From: Vermamoeba vermiformis
Taxonomy: Eukaryota
Length of the DNA stretch: 64,000 nucleotides
NCBI GenBank assembly: GCA_045837725.1
Contig: JBEWZL010000191.1
Span: 62,001 to 126,000, forward strand
Direction of reading: 5' to 3'
The notes below the pieces were generated by a model, which saw only the letters and a list, made by a program, of their open reading frames with translations, was not told where the DNA came from and searched no databases. Each line of letters begins with the position of its first letter. Positions within the stretch are counted from its first letter, which is position 1. This document shows, piece after piece, positions 27,001 through 40,845 of this stretch. The position numbers and the translations under genes are program-made.

Positions 27001-30000
27001 CGTGTGCAAGTACTTAGCCTTGCCCTCAGAACAAAACTGCACGCTGTTTAACGGCCATTATAACCCGCTCAACTCGTTTTACCCTCCAAAGTGCATCCGA
27101 CCATCGTCAGTTGGCGAGTGTTATCCGCCTCAGTACTGCGAACAAACTAGCGGGAACTGTGCAGCCACGTGCTACATACCGGTCTACACCGATGCAACAA
27201 GTTGTAATGGACAAACAGTGGGTACTCAAACCGCTACTTGGCAGTCTTGGACGAGAAATAGCACGACGTACGGTCTTTGCACAGTTCCAGTCACAACTTT
27301 GGATGCGTGTCTTAACCTTTCACCTGATGCGAGATTTTGGTACGTAGCTACCTAGTGAAGCTTACTTGCGCGTTTATGTATTGATACGACATATTCTAAC
27401 GTTGAAATTATGTAGGCCGGGAACAGTGTATTCACCGGACAATGCGGCTCAATCAAATCTCAACGACGAAGGATTTTGTACTGCACTCGGTACATGCAAT
27501 CTCGATCTTACAGCACTTGATGTCAATCAACTGCAACAGCTGAAAGTGAAATTCAGTTTTGAGTGCAATCAGTACTGGTGCAGCGGTGCAAATAGAACTA
27601 ACGCGGTTGACTGCGATAATTATGGTAAGGAGTTCTCGATGTTTCCGATGTGTTACTAATATCACTATAGGCTATTGTAACGACTGGACGGGCTGTTACT
27701 TGCCGTATTTGGAAGACAGATCAATTCCTGCTCCGTGTCCTGAAAACTCGCTTTGGACTCCGAAAGGCTGCTTTGTTGAAGCAGGCATCATTGGTCGCCC
27801 AGAGGATTGTATTAGCCCCAAGTAAGTCTTTGTAGTAACATAGTAACAACTCCTAATCATATAACTGTATCAGTCAATGGAGAAATGCTTCGACTACTCG
27901 CGCTGAATGTGAAAGTGTGAAGCTTTGTACAGAGCCAGAAATCGTCAATGCGGTTGGTAAGTTTGTTTAAAAAAGGAGAGCGTTATAGCGTACAAAGCAA
28001 CTAACGCCTTGCGCACAGCATTTGCACCTCGTGACCGTGCAGCTCGTCCCAACAACGTGTCTTTCAAAGACGCGGGAGAATGTGCCAAGTGCGGTGGCAA
28101 ATTCGAGCCCTATTATGAATGGAAGGCACTAGTACGTCTAGTATCAACCCTAATCTAAGAAGAAGTTCTAATAAGACTCTCTTTAACTAGGCTGAATGGG
28201 TGCCACCTCAATGGAGAGGCTTTGAGTGGCGCAAGCGAGAAATGAAGAGTTTGAACAAGTGGGTGCCGCTCATGGATTATGACAAGGCAGTCTCAATGAC
28301 CTACACCGTCGTTGCACGTCGTTACGCAGATATTTTGTCATCAGAGTTGCTTTGCCGGTACGTAGTCAGCAAGATAGTGATCGCATAGTACTATGCCAAT
28401 GTATCGCAGATTCGGTGAAATTCAATCGGCAGTGAGCTCTATTGTCTGTGACTGCACGGACAAGTCAAATGATTGCTCTGACGCTATATCATCTGTTCGT
28501 GATCCCGCTGTAGGTCTCGTGCAAATCTGCACTATGGCCGCGTTCTCACAAACATTTTCTCGTGGCTATTTATACTCTGAGGTACGTCGATAGTCAACTT
28601 AATGCTATACTTACTTACTGTTCTTCTAGCAACCTATTCTTGTCGGTGCAATGGGCTGTGCGCCAGTGCGAGTTGGAGTTGTGCCAATCAGTCAGTTCAA
28701 CTCACGACAAACCATCACTCTGTCAAGTGTTTCTTTGTCATCATCGAGAGATGCACAAGATGGACAAGAACGATTCTACAAGAACTCGAACAATATTGTC
28801 GTTGGAGAGGTACTTGGTGATGGTTTGAGTGTTGACTTCCTTGGCCGTGAGATTCAAGGCGTTAAAGCATGCATTTTCTTCCCTGACGTAAGTAATAGTA
28901 ATATATCAAAAGCATCAGTCTTCTAATGTTTGCGTAGCCAACAACATCTTCATTACCAAATGTCACGCAGTTTGCTGTGTTTTCGATTCCTCGAGGCAGC
29001 AGAGATTTGATCATTACCATTAATAACCCAATCGGTGCTTCTGAAGGGTAAGTCCTTCGTTATTATTTACTGCAACGATGACTAATTCAAAGTATTAGCC
29101 AATACTGCTTTGACGTCGACACCGCAGGCGAAGTGTACTTCGTCATAGCTCTGGTGGATGGTTGGCAAGATACGGACTTTAGCTCGACACTGTCTGCGGG
29201 AGAGTTAGCTCTGGTGGCTATTGGCATTATTCTGTACCTGGTCGTGCTCTTCGCCGCTGTTTATCACTTCGCCGTCTCAATCGTGACACGTGACCCAACG
29301 AAACCTCTTCTCGCTCAATCACGCATTGCGTTGGGTCTTTTGATCATATTCTTGCTCAGTAAGGACAAACCTCTATCCTAATAGTCACGTACCAAACTGA
29401 CCTGCGTCAACAGTTCGAGTGCTCTACTTGTTGCTCTTTGTTAGTGGCACGTTCAACAAATCTCAGTCAGCAGACGTCATTTTCTCAGAGCTCCCGGCAC
29501 TGGTGTTCTTGAACATCTATTGCATCATCGTGCTGAGATGGTGAGTCATTGTTTGACACGTGTCAACCAGGACCCTCGCTAACAGTTTTCAGGGCTGCAC
29601 TTTACCACTTTGGCTTGAAAGACGGTGCAAAGCAGTCATTCAGAAGACTCAAACCAGCTCTCTACGTGTTCGACGGTGTACTAGGCGCAGCATTCATCAC
29701 GTTGCTGATCGTGTACTTCTCACTGAGCGATCAGATCACCATCACATGCGAGTCAAATGACATCGATGTCAACTCTGCCACTCCAAAGCAAATCGTTGCA
29801 ATCGTGTACAAAGCATTCTTTGCAGTTGTTTGCATCATCTTGTCGATTGCCTTCTTGGTTTATGGCTCTCGCATCATTCGATCATCAACTTCGTTCACCG
29901 TCAGATCGTTGGATCGTGCCGAACAACGTGCAATCAAGAAGCGTAAACAGGATGTGCTAAACGTAAGTGAAAAACTCGCTGTAGAAGTACGCGTACTAAT

Positions 30001-31508
30001 CCACCGAACAGAAAATCGTGATTACAGTGGTGTGCACGTTGTGTTTGTTGGGTCAAGCAGCCAATCTTCTTCGAGCATCAGCAACGAATGAACCAGGCAT
30101 TTACATCTTGATCTTCTTGTACCCAATCGAACTTCTTCCCAGCATCATGTTCATCATTATTCTCAAGAAAGTACCCTTCTTTTATCATGCCTCGCTGTTT
30201 GCCAGAAAACCACAACTTGAAGTCAATCGCAACTGGAGAAGATCTGTCAAGCCGCAAAGCCACATTACTTCGAAGAAACGTAACACCGCTTATGGCGAGA
30301 TCAACGCTCGGTTGATTGCTGAAGAGGAGGCTGAAGAGGTACGTAGCATTTTAGATTGGCAGGGACTTAATGACTCACACGTCCCCAAGGCTGCAAATGC
30401 CGTGCCAATGTCCGATACATTTAACGGTGAGACAAACATCGCTTTTGCCGAGCTCAAGGTTGCGCAGGAGATCGGAGCAGGCAACTACGGAAAGGTCAAT
30501 CTCGGAAGTAAGTCATAAAACGACGCTGCCAGTGCATTTTTAGTACTAAGACTAACACCTTCTGCAGCTTGGAAAGGGTCACAAGTTGCATTGAAACGAA
30601 GCAAAGCGTTCGAAAGGAGTGAGTTTGTGAGAGAAGCGAAACTTGTCATGACTTTGCCTCCTCATCAGAACGTCGTTCAAACATTTGGATTGACCAACGA
30701 TGGTTTCAACCTAATGGTTGTTATGGAGTACTGTAGTGGCGGCTCACTCGACGTCAAGTTGTTTGATTTGCCAGATCCAGTGAGTGACAAAGAGAAACTT
30801 GCGATCTTGATTGGCATTGCTCAAGGCATGCAACACTTGCATCAAAACAAGATTATCCATAGAGATCTTGCTGCACGTAACATTCTCCTCAATAACAACG
30901 TGCCAAAGGTTTCGGTAAGTGCATCCGCGATCCTGGTGTATTAACTGGTCACTGACAAACATTGAAAGGACTTTGGTTTGTCTCGTAAAGTCGACGATGT
31001 GTTGAGAAATAGTACAACAAGGAATAACGTGGGACCGATTCGTTGGATGGTAAGAAATGAGACCTAAGATTCACATATGCGCACATCACACGACGAACAT
31101 TTGCTTGTATCACATATCTACGCATATCTTAATGAAATTTATAATGTATAGGCACCTGAAGCACTCAGAGACGGCACATACAGTGCAAAGACAGACGTGT
31201 GGTCATTCGGAGTGGTCATGTTCGAAGTGATCGTGCAGTCAGAACCACACGTGGAAGAAGATCCGTTGTTCATTGGCATCAAAATTCGTGATGGTGCATT
31301 CTTTCCACGACTTCCAGCAACATCGACGAATGATCAAGTGCTCAGAAACTTGATGGAACAGTGTTGTCGCAAAGACCCCAATGAACGACCTGTATGTTCG
31401 ACTCTGGTCATTTAATAACTTAACTAACTGTGTTTTATTTCATAGGACTTCAACAATATCTGTCAAGTGCTTGTGAATCGATGGAACGAACTCTACGGCA
31501 AAATGTAA
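24095..31508 (+). CDS. Giant receptor, copy 1: signal peptide, Cys-rich ectodomain, 7TM (THH1/TOM1/GPR137-like), tyrosine-kinase-type domain
   Basis: Many exons. Seven hydrophobic helices with ELP, FLVYG and ELLPS motifs. Kinase motifs GAGNYGKV, VALK, HRDLAARN, DFG, GPIRWMAPE, DVWSFGV. Confidence 0.85.
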
Positions 31509-31750
31509 TTGGCCTTTCAGAAGCGCGTTTGCTTGGAAGCCGTCATTGTAATTAAGCTTACTATATTATTGTCTTTGTGTTGATAAATTTATCAACTACT
31601 GATTTGTTGTGTCTCGTGATTCGTTTTTTGACGTTTTTTGACACGACGGTTGACATTTCGGGTTCCTGTCCGGTCTCCAATTTTGCGTCGGTCATAAAAA
31701 TACGGCTAGTCCCTTATGACAACAAGCGGTTGTATATTTTTAATGCCGCC

Positions 31751-34700
31751 ATGTCCACTTTGATTCGTTTTGTATTTACTTTGTGTATTATTTGTTTTGT
31801 TTCGTTAGTTAGAGCAGATGGGCCTGCTGTAGTATCTTCGTCCTATACAGAAAAGAATTTAGATTTTTTGGACGTTGGTTCTGAAGTCGTTATTTTGAAT
31901 TTCGATTTCGACCAAGACATCTATTTTCAACAAGAATGCCCACAACAACCAGGGGACTCTCCAATAGAGCCCACAATAATACTACCATGTTGCAATTCAA
32001 CTCTTGCAGTAAATTGTGCGACTGCGGACGCACAAGACGGATATTGCTTGGACACCACGGAAGATCGCGAAGAAGAATTTCGTTTCCCGCACAGTTTTAA
32101 TTCTAGATATGAATTTCAAGTGGGTAACCCTGCGACATGCCACTCAGTAATGTTTGGCACGAAAATGGATTACGGTAAGATAGATCTGATAAAAGGCGCC
32201 AAAAGCGCAACACGAAAAAATCCGATAATTGAGCTAATAATACCATTTTCACAAATTTACTCGTATGCAAAATATTTAGCGCTGATTATATAGGGATTTT
32301 AAACATCAAAATGTTTACTCGCGTTAATGCTTACGTCAATGGCAAGCCAGACTTTTACACAGCTTTTGTTGGTGCCAATAGCATATTCGTATGTTGCTCT
32401 ACAATTAGATCTCGTAACCCTTCATGGAACGGCAAACTTTATGTTCGCGTCGAGCCATCTACGGATGCCAAGTGGACTTCGCAACTGCTCAGTACGTAGA
32501 CTTATTATTAGGCTTACATTTTTTCATAATTTGCTTCCGTTCGTTTCATGAAAGCTGATCTTGTGCTCTTAGATTCCCCGATCGTCAGCGCGACTGATTA
32601 TTTTCATACGAGTAAGCTTAGAATATCAATACCAAAGGACAAAGCGACTTATTATCTTTAGATCGACTTGAGATTCGTTGCGCAAACGGCTACAATTACA
32701 CGCGTTGCATTCCGCAGTTGACGGGCGGATGTTGGCCACTCGCGCCAGCCAAGGACGATCCTCCTTACTATTTCATAAATATGGCATCGTAAGTACCAAG
32801 CTCATTGCATTTAAATGATTAACGATTTGATAGTGGCAAACAACCTGAAGGAGAAATTATCGGCCGAAGATTTTCTTTGTCGTTGGCTTTTAAGACCAGC
32901 AGTTTTGTTTCTGGAACGGTGCGCACGTGCATTTTATATTCATATTCATTAGCTTATTCTGATGTACCATCTTAGTCTTCTACGACGCTTTATATTCTTG
33001 ATCGAGCAGTGTTGGATCCGTCAAATCAATGCTTCGTGCACTTTCCTTATTTGGTCAATAGTAACGGAGAGGTATGTATTCTTATAGTAGCCACCGGCAC
33101 TATTATTTACGTCCTATTTGTAGCCTGCAAAACCTACGGCATTCCCTGCAGAAAAGATCGAAACATGCTCGCAAGCAGCATTTTCGACTCGACTTGACGG
33201 TAAGATTTAAGCTTTCAATCACTTTTATTGACGTTTCTAAAGGTTTTTTGACCCAAATTAACGATTTGTCTGGAAAATTCAACGGTTCAACAACCGAAAT
33301 GGTCGTGCAAGATTTTGTCGCTGTAAGTTGACGAGACGTATTCTCATTTATTATCACCTTAATAATGACAACGCAACTATTTCCAGCTTTTGGCCAACAC
33401 CTGGAGTAAAGAATGGACGTCGTGCATTTCATTTATTAGCAAGGGTTTGTTGGAGACTAATGTGGAGTCAGCAGAGTTCATCGATTCGACGTTTTGTCCT
33501 TTCTTCGACCCAACTGACCCACGTTACTTATACGACCCTTGCTGCAATGTTCGGCAACAAGAGTCAGAGTGCTGCCGTGTACGAGATTTGAATGTTGACG
33601 ATTATCAAAATACCGTTGTAAGTGCGAATGCTGTTGCCCAACAATGCAAGCGACCCAAGTGCGTGACGGAAACTATCAACGATTACTTGGCTCTGCAGCA
33701 ATCCACGGCCGATAGAATCACTGGTTGTACTGGACAAAGCTCAAAGGTAAAAAATTACGTGACGGAAGTTCGGCTAAACAAAATTGACACTTTTTGTTTT
33801 AGACCATTAGCAGCGCTGTGTTGACGCAGACTTTGGGATGTTCCAACAACTTGTTCGAGACAAAATGCTTGGCCTCGTACGTTTCAAACGAAGAAACTTG
33901 CCGATTCTAACGAGAATGCAGGTCTGATTGCACTACAGTTTGTACGACAGGTGGATTTTGTGCGGTGCCTTGTACCACGGATGAAGATTGTTTGTCTCGC
34001 TCTTGTTCTCTGACAGCAGCAATAGACGGCAAGAACGTGTCTATTTGCAAGATGATCAATGCGTTGGATATCAACAACGTGCCGTTTGACCGAATCAACG
34101 CTCAATTCCTTCAAGTACGCAACTTACAATTTTCATATGTACTAATACTAATACCTCTTTAGTGCATTGAAAAAACTGTCGATCCTGTGCTATACTTCTA
34201 TATTAAGCGTCTAGTGGGAGCATCAGGTAAGACCTTTTGTTTATCAGGCCAAGAAAAAGTTATAACAATTGTTTAGCCTCCGATGATGTCAACAAAGTTG
34301 CGGACTTGGTACTTCAACTAGCAGGCAATGAAGAGTGTTTTGGATTCGGAAATTTCCTGTTCCAACCGTTGTCTATTCCGACCAACATCTCAACGCAAGA
34401 AACGTGTGACTCGTCTCAGAGTTGCAATTGGGCACCTTGTGACAGCAATGCAAGTTCGAATTGCAACAACAGGACCTGCACGGAGGCAGTTGGCTCCGAG
34501 TACTTCTGCGGCTATTGCTTGTACGACCAATGCATTGAAATCTCGAGCTTCCCCGTATGCAAGTACACGGCCCTGCCCTCAGAACAAAACTGCACTTACT
34601 TCGGTGGTTTGTACAATGGGCTTAATCCTACGTACCCGAAATGTGTCAGACCGTCCAGTCTCGAGTGTTACCCGCCCCAATTCTGCGAACAAAGCAACGC

Positions 34701-37700
34701 GCCTTGCTCGGCCGTGTGTTACGTGCCAGCTTACACTAACGCAGCGACATGTGATGGCACGGCAGTTGGCACTCAGGTGGCCAGCTTCAAGGCCTGGACG
34801 AGGGATGGTAATTCATACGGTCTTTGCACAGTGCCAGTCACGACATTAGACGCGTGTTTGAACCTTTCACCTGACACGAGATTTTGGTACGTTTTCTAAA
34901 ATTTCACGCTAGGTTCGCTGTCACTAACTCTATAACAGGCCTGGCACGGACTTTTCCGAGGACAGTTCTTCTCAAACAATCTTCAACAGTGAAAACACGT
35001 GCACGCTTGCTGGAATGTGTAACTTGGACATTTCGAACCTCAATAACTTGGAGTTTAGTACTCTCAACACGTACGTCAAGGCTTGCAGGCACGTGTTCTG
35101 CGAGCTGTAACAGGCCTCCGCTGCCATGTACGGATTGCACTACTGCCGAGGCCTGTGACGCGAATGGTACGTAATCAACGGCAACTTTTTGCAGGTCTAA
35201 TTCTTCAATAGGTTATTGCAATCAAAACGTTGGCTGTTACGCACCTTTTTCGGATCAATGGGCTGATTCTCCGTGTCCTGAAGGCACCGTATGGACGGCG
35301 ATTGGTTGTATCATTGACCCGTCAATTATTTCTGACCCCGCTAATTGCACTAGCCCTAAGTAAGCTATATTAGTGTTATACCGAAACTAATAGCATTAGT
35401 GTCTGGCACGGGGCGGCAACAACACGTGAGGAGTGTGAAAGAGTCAAAATATGCGCTGAACCTGCCATTATCAATGCTGTTTGTAAGTCTTAAAAAACGT
35501 TGACCAAGCGTGTTCTGAAAGCTAATTTTCTTATTTAGCCTTCACAACTAAGGACCTGACAGCACGTCCAAATTCGATCTCTTTCAAGAACGAGAGCGAG
35601 TGTACCAAGTGCGGAGGTACGATTGAGCCGTACTGGACTTGGACAGCTGGTGAATGGCGACCAGGCCAGTTCGTGCCATTCGAATGGCGCAAGCGAGAAA
35701 TGAAGGCGGTGAACAAATGGACAAAGCTGATTGATCAGTCAGAGGCACAACTATTCGTTAACAAAGTCGTCTCGCAACGCTATGCTGACGTCTTGTCATC
35801 TGAAATGCTGTGCAGGTAAAAAAGACTATGGTCCTATCATTATACTTAATGCTAACCCTTGCCGAGTAGATACGGTCAGTTGCAATCTGCGGCCTCGGAG
35901 ATTGTGTGCGATTGTGCTAGCGATGGCACAAACTGCAACACATCAGTCGCAACCATTCGAGACCCCCCTGTTGCCCTAGTCCAGTTCTGCACGTATGCGA
36001 AGTTCAACCAAACATTCTCTCGTGGTTATTTGTACGCCGAGGTCAGTAGTCTGTTTGACACCTCGTGACACTTTCTTTGACACGTGTCATTTAGAATCCG
36101 TCAACGGATCTGGGCTGTGCGCCAGTACGAGTGGGAGTTGTGCCAATCAGTCAGTTCAACTCACGACAAACCATCACTCTGTCAAGTGTCTCTTTGTCAT
36201 CATCGAGAGATGCACAAGATGGACAAGAACGATTCTACAAGAACTCAAACAATATTGTTGTTGGAGAGGTACTTGGTGATGGTTTGAGTATTGACTTCCT
36301 TGGCCGTGAGATTCAAGGCATTCAAGCATGTATATTCTTCCCTGACGTAAGTATTCGATACCATTATTCGACACGCGTTCTCACTTCATTAGCCAACGAC
36401 ATCACGTCTGCCGGGCATCACTAAGTTCAGCATTTTCTCGATCGACAGAACGGCTACAGGTCTCGCCATTTCAGTTAACGAGACATATGATGCTTCTGAA
36501 GGGTAAGTATATCATAGACTAATAGCAGTCCTAAGACTAGTCCTTCAGGTATCATTGCATTGACTTGGTCAACATGAACGTGGGCAAGACATTTTTCACG
36601 ATTGCACTGGTCGACAGCTGGCAAGACACGCTATTCAGTTCAACACTGACTGAAGGCGAGTTAGCACTTGTAGCTATTGGCATTGTGCTGTACTTGACTG
36701 CTCTCTTTGCTTCGGTCTACCACTTCGCCGTGTCAATCGTGACACGTGACCCAACGAAGCCTCTTCTCACTCAGTCACGCATTGCGTTGGGTCTTTTGAT
36801 CATATTCTTGCTCAGTAAGTACAAACCTCTATCCTAATCGTCACGTGCCAAACTGACCTGTATCATCAGTTCGAGTGCTCTACTTGTTACTCTTCGTGAC
36901 GGGTACCTTCAAGAACTCTCAGTCAGCAGACGTCATTTTCTCAGAGCTCCCGGCACTGGTGTTCTTGAACATCTATTGCATTATCGTACTGAGATGGTGA
37001 GTCGTCATTTGACACGTGTCAACTAGTACCCTCACATGACATTTTCTGACTTTTTTGCAGGGCTGCACTTTACCACTTTGGCTTGAAAGACGGTGCAAAG
37101 AAGTCTTTTAGAAGGCTTAAACCTATTCTATATGCCTTTGACGCCCTGTTAGGTGCAGCATTCATCACGTTGCTGATTGTGTACTTCTCACTGAGCGATC
37201 AGATCACCATCACATGCGAGTCAAATGACATCGATGTCAACTCTGCCACTCCAAAACAAATCGTTGCAATCGTGTACAAAGCATTCTTTGCAGTTGTTTG
37301 CATCATCTTGTCGATTGCCTTCTTGGTTTATGGCTCTCGTATCATTCGATCATCAACATCGTTCACAGCAAGGTCACTCGATCGCGCTGAACAACGTGCA
37401 ATCAAGAAACGAAAGAGGGACGTGTTGAACGTGAGTACTTATAATGGCCGATAAGAACAGCAAAACTAATTGTTTAACGCGTAGAAAATCGTGATTACAG
37501 TGGTGTGCACGTTGTGTTTGTTGGGTCAAGCAGCCAATCTTCTTCGAGCATCAGCAACGAATGAACCAGGCATTTACATCTTGATCTTCTTGTACCCGAT
37601 CGAACTGCTCCCCAGCATCATGTTCATCATCATTCTCAAGAAAGTTCCGTTCTTTTATCGTGCCCCAGCTCTTTGACAGCAAGAAGCTCCTCAATATCAA

Positions 37701-38960
37701 TCGCAGTTCTTGGCGCAAGTCGACCAATCAGAAGAAGCGCAACACCGTCTATAGCAACATGAACGCTAAACTCATGGCTGAGGAGGTACGATTAGCTCTT
37801 GGACGGACCTTGTAATTAATGTTGATTGTTGTATAGGACGATGACAACGCCGTGCCAATGTCTGACACGTTCCAAGATGAGTCAAACATTGCGTTCTCTG
37901 AGATCCAAGTGGCGCAAGAGATCGGAACAGGCAACTACGGAAAGGTCAATCTCGGAAGTAAGTCACAAGACGCACTGACTGCTGCCAATACATTTTTAGT
38001 ACTGATACTAACACCTTCTGCAGCTTGGAAAGGGTCACAAGTCGCACTGAAACGAAGCAAAGCGTTCGAAAGGACTGAGTTTGTGAGAGAAGCGAAACTT
38101 GTCATGACATTGCCTCCTCATCAGAACGTCGTTCAAACATTTGGATTGACCAATGACGGCTTTAACTTGATGCTTGTGATGGAGTACTGTAATGGCGGGT
38201 CATTGGATGTGAAGTTGTTTGACTTGCCAGATCCAGTGAGTGACAAAGAGAAACTTGCGATCTTGATTGGCATCGCTCAAGGCATGCAACACTTGCATCA
38301 AAACAAGATTATTCATCGAGATCTCGCTGCACGTAACATTCTCATAAATAACAACGTGCCTAAAGTAGCAGTAAGTTTCCATGAAAATTTTTCCGTTTTT
38401 CCGCATGTTTGACACGTGTCATTTAGGATTTCGGCTTGTCTCGTAAGGTCGAAGATATTTTACGCAGCAATACCACACGAAACAATGTCGGCCCGTTACG
38501 ATGGATGGTAAGACCCCTACTTTACGCAGCTTTTGTAGTGTTCGCTAATATTTTATTTCCTTTTTAGGCACCCGAAGCACTCAGAGACGGCACCTACAGT
38601 GCAAAGACAGACGTGTGGTCATTCGGAGTGGTCATGTTCGAAGTGATCGTGCAGTCAGAACCACACGTGGAAGAAGATCCGTTGTTCATTGGCATCAAAA
38701 TTCGTGATGGTGCATTCTTTCCACGACTTCCAGCAACATCGACGAATGATCAAGTGCTCAGAAACTTGATGGAACAGTGTTGTCGCAAAGACCCCAATGA
38801 ACGACCTGTATGTTCGAGTCTGATCAGTCATTTTATCACCTAACTAATTATTAGAGTCGTCCATTTAATTACTGAGACTAACTGTTTTCTCTCGTAGGAC
38901 TTCAACAACATCTGTCACGTGCTCGTGAATCGGTGGAACGAACTCTACGGCAAAATGTAA
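31751..38960 (+). CDS. Giant receptor, copy 2 (tandem paralog of 24095-31508); apparent +1 frameshift at 37663-37666
   Basis: Colinear with copy 1 from AVVSSSYTEK to RWNELYGKM*, with the same 7TM and kinase motifs. Confidence 0.8.
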
Positions 38961-39040
38961 TTGTACATACAAAAAACAGTCGTTGATCGGTAAGATCGAT
39001 TAAAAAAGACATTTACAAAGGAGGTTAATATAATATCATA

Positions 39041-39857
39041 TTATTGCTGTTTGTGCTTCGCGTAATTTTCTTTCAATTTGTTAATGTACAATTCGTCATC
39101 GCCTTTAGTCCACAAGCAGAACACGATCCGCTCTATTTTTTGCGCGTAAGAAGAGCTATTTAACCATTCCATAACAGTTTCAACTGCTACTTGTGCCGCA
39201 AGAGGTTTAGGATGGCCATAGAACCCCGTACTTATGCTGCAGATCGCGACGGATCGGATGTCGTATTCTTCGCATCGCTTAAGTATAGTAGTATAGCAAG
39301 ACTTTAATAGGTGTAGTTGAGGCTCTTGTTTTTCATTTAAATAAGGCCCAACTGTATGCAGAACGAATTTGGCGGGAAGTTTGTAACCTTTCGTGATCTT
39401 AGTGTCGCCGGTCATACATAGGCCTAATAAGGCACATTCTCGTTGTAATAATGGTCCTGCTGCCTTGTGAATAGCTTCATCTATGCCTCCTCCACCGAGT
39501 AAGCCTTCGTTAGCTGCGTTGACGATCGCATCTACCTCCAATCGAGTAATATCGCCTTTCCAAACGGAAATCTAATATGCATAATATTGATAAATGCCAT
39601 TTTGGTATATTAATGTTATCGTTAATAGGTAACCACATCCAAATTTCGATAATTTTTTTAAAAATCTTATTTTTGCTTACTTTATCAGTACCGATATCAG
39701 GTACTGTTGCCATTGATTCAAGGGTCTTATAATTATTTTTGCACGCATAATTTTTACGTCTAAGCTCGAGATCTGTCACTAAACTCGTCGTCCAATCCGC
39801 TGGATCGATTGGTAGACTCAATATGCGCTTTCTTTCTTGTTCATACCACTCACCCAT
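39041..39857 (-). CDS. MacroD-type macrodomain ADP-ribosylhydrolase / O-acetyl-ADP-ribose deacetylase
   Basis: ISVWKGDITRLEVDAIVNAANEGLLGGGGIDEAIHKAAGP, HTVGP, ISTGFYG; one intron. Confidence 0.9.
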
Positions 39858-40845
39858 TATTAAGCTGTTATTTAAATACTTGAACTTGAGTGCAAGTCTT
39901 TTTGTGGTTGTTACCGCGCTTGTTTTTTTCAGACCCAAAATTTTTTTTCAACGCAAAAGAAGCCAACAGTCACTATCTTGCGCTAAATAATAGTACTATT
40001 GTTTTAGTACATTCAGTGTACCCACAGGGATGTGCTTGAGCAACTATTGGATAAAACACAAACGAATTCAGATCCGAATCTCAGCTCCAATATAATTTGC
40101 AACTGAGAAAAAATTCGCATTAACCACTAGCAAAAAAAATTACCAGAATTTGAGACGTAAGGAATTTGAAACTCGCTTCGGTATTTTTTTGCCTCCGTGG
40201 AGTAAATCCACAATGTGTATTATTAGCTGCACCTTTTGCATTAATATGGCGCCGCGCCATATTTTATTATCAAAATTATACATTGGCGCACAGAAATTTT
40301 CAGAAAATTTACAAAGGAATACAATTTTGTTAATAAAAATAGACTGGCTACGCATCCTTGAATAACTCCTTATTACTTTACCACAGATTATGATAATAAA
40401 TTGTACTAACGTATTTATATTGCTGAAGGTCAAGCCAATTATTGTAATGTACAACGAGCTAATCCACCGAATGGCCGAGCCTGAGTACGCTCTGCCGCAT
40501 TTATATTGGTGGCATTGTCTCATCTTCATAATCCTAAATAAGGGTAAGCAGCTCCTTCCTTCCGCGTTCATGAACAAGTGGATGGAAGCTACATCCAGCA
40601 CCTAAAAACTTACTCGCTTTGTAACAGTTATAGAGTAACACCAAATTTGCCTAATTCAATTCATCGGCTTAACGGAGTCGTGATCCTGGAGATTCAATCG
40701 AGATTCATCAGTCTTTCCTTATTTAGTTTGGATGCAGATCCTCAGCACTTATTGTTTGGCCGGGAGAAATTGGATTAAATTGCAAAATCATTACACTCCA
40801 CAAACGAACAAGTAGTAGAGTAGTACTACTACTACTAGACCACAC

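Larger units (their letters stand above)
14007..38421. repeat. Dispersed 12-bp palindrome TGACACGTGTCA, six perfect intronic copies
   Basis: Copies at 14007, 14136, 29554, 36078, 37010 and 38410; one-mismatch copy at 55829. Confidence 0.8.

Noticed and set aside
40140-40778. Overlapping ORFs upstream of the PA-7TM gene
   Set aside because: No coherent splice pattern or protein motifs.
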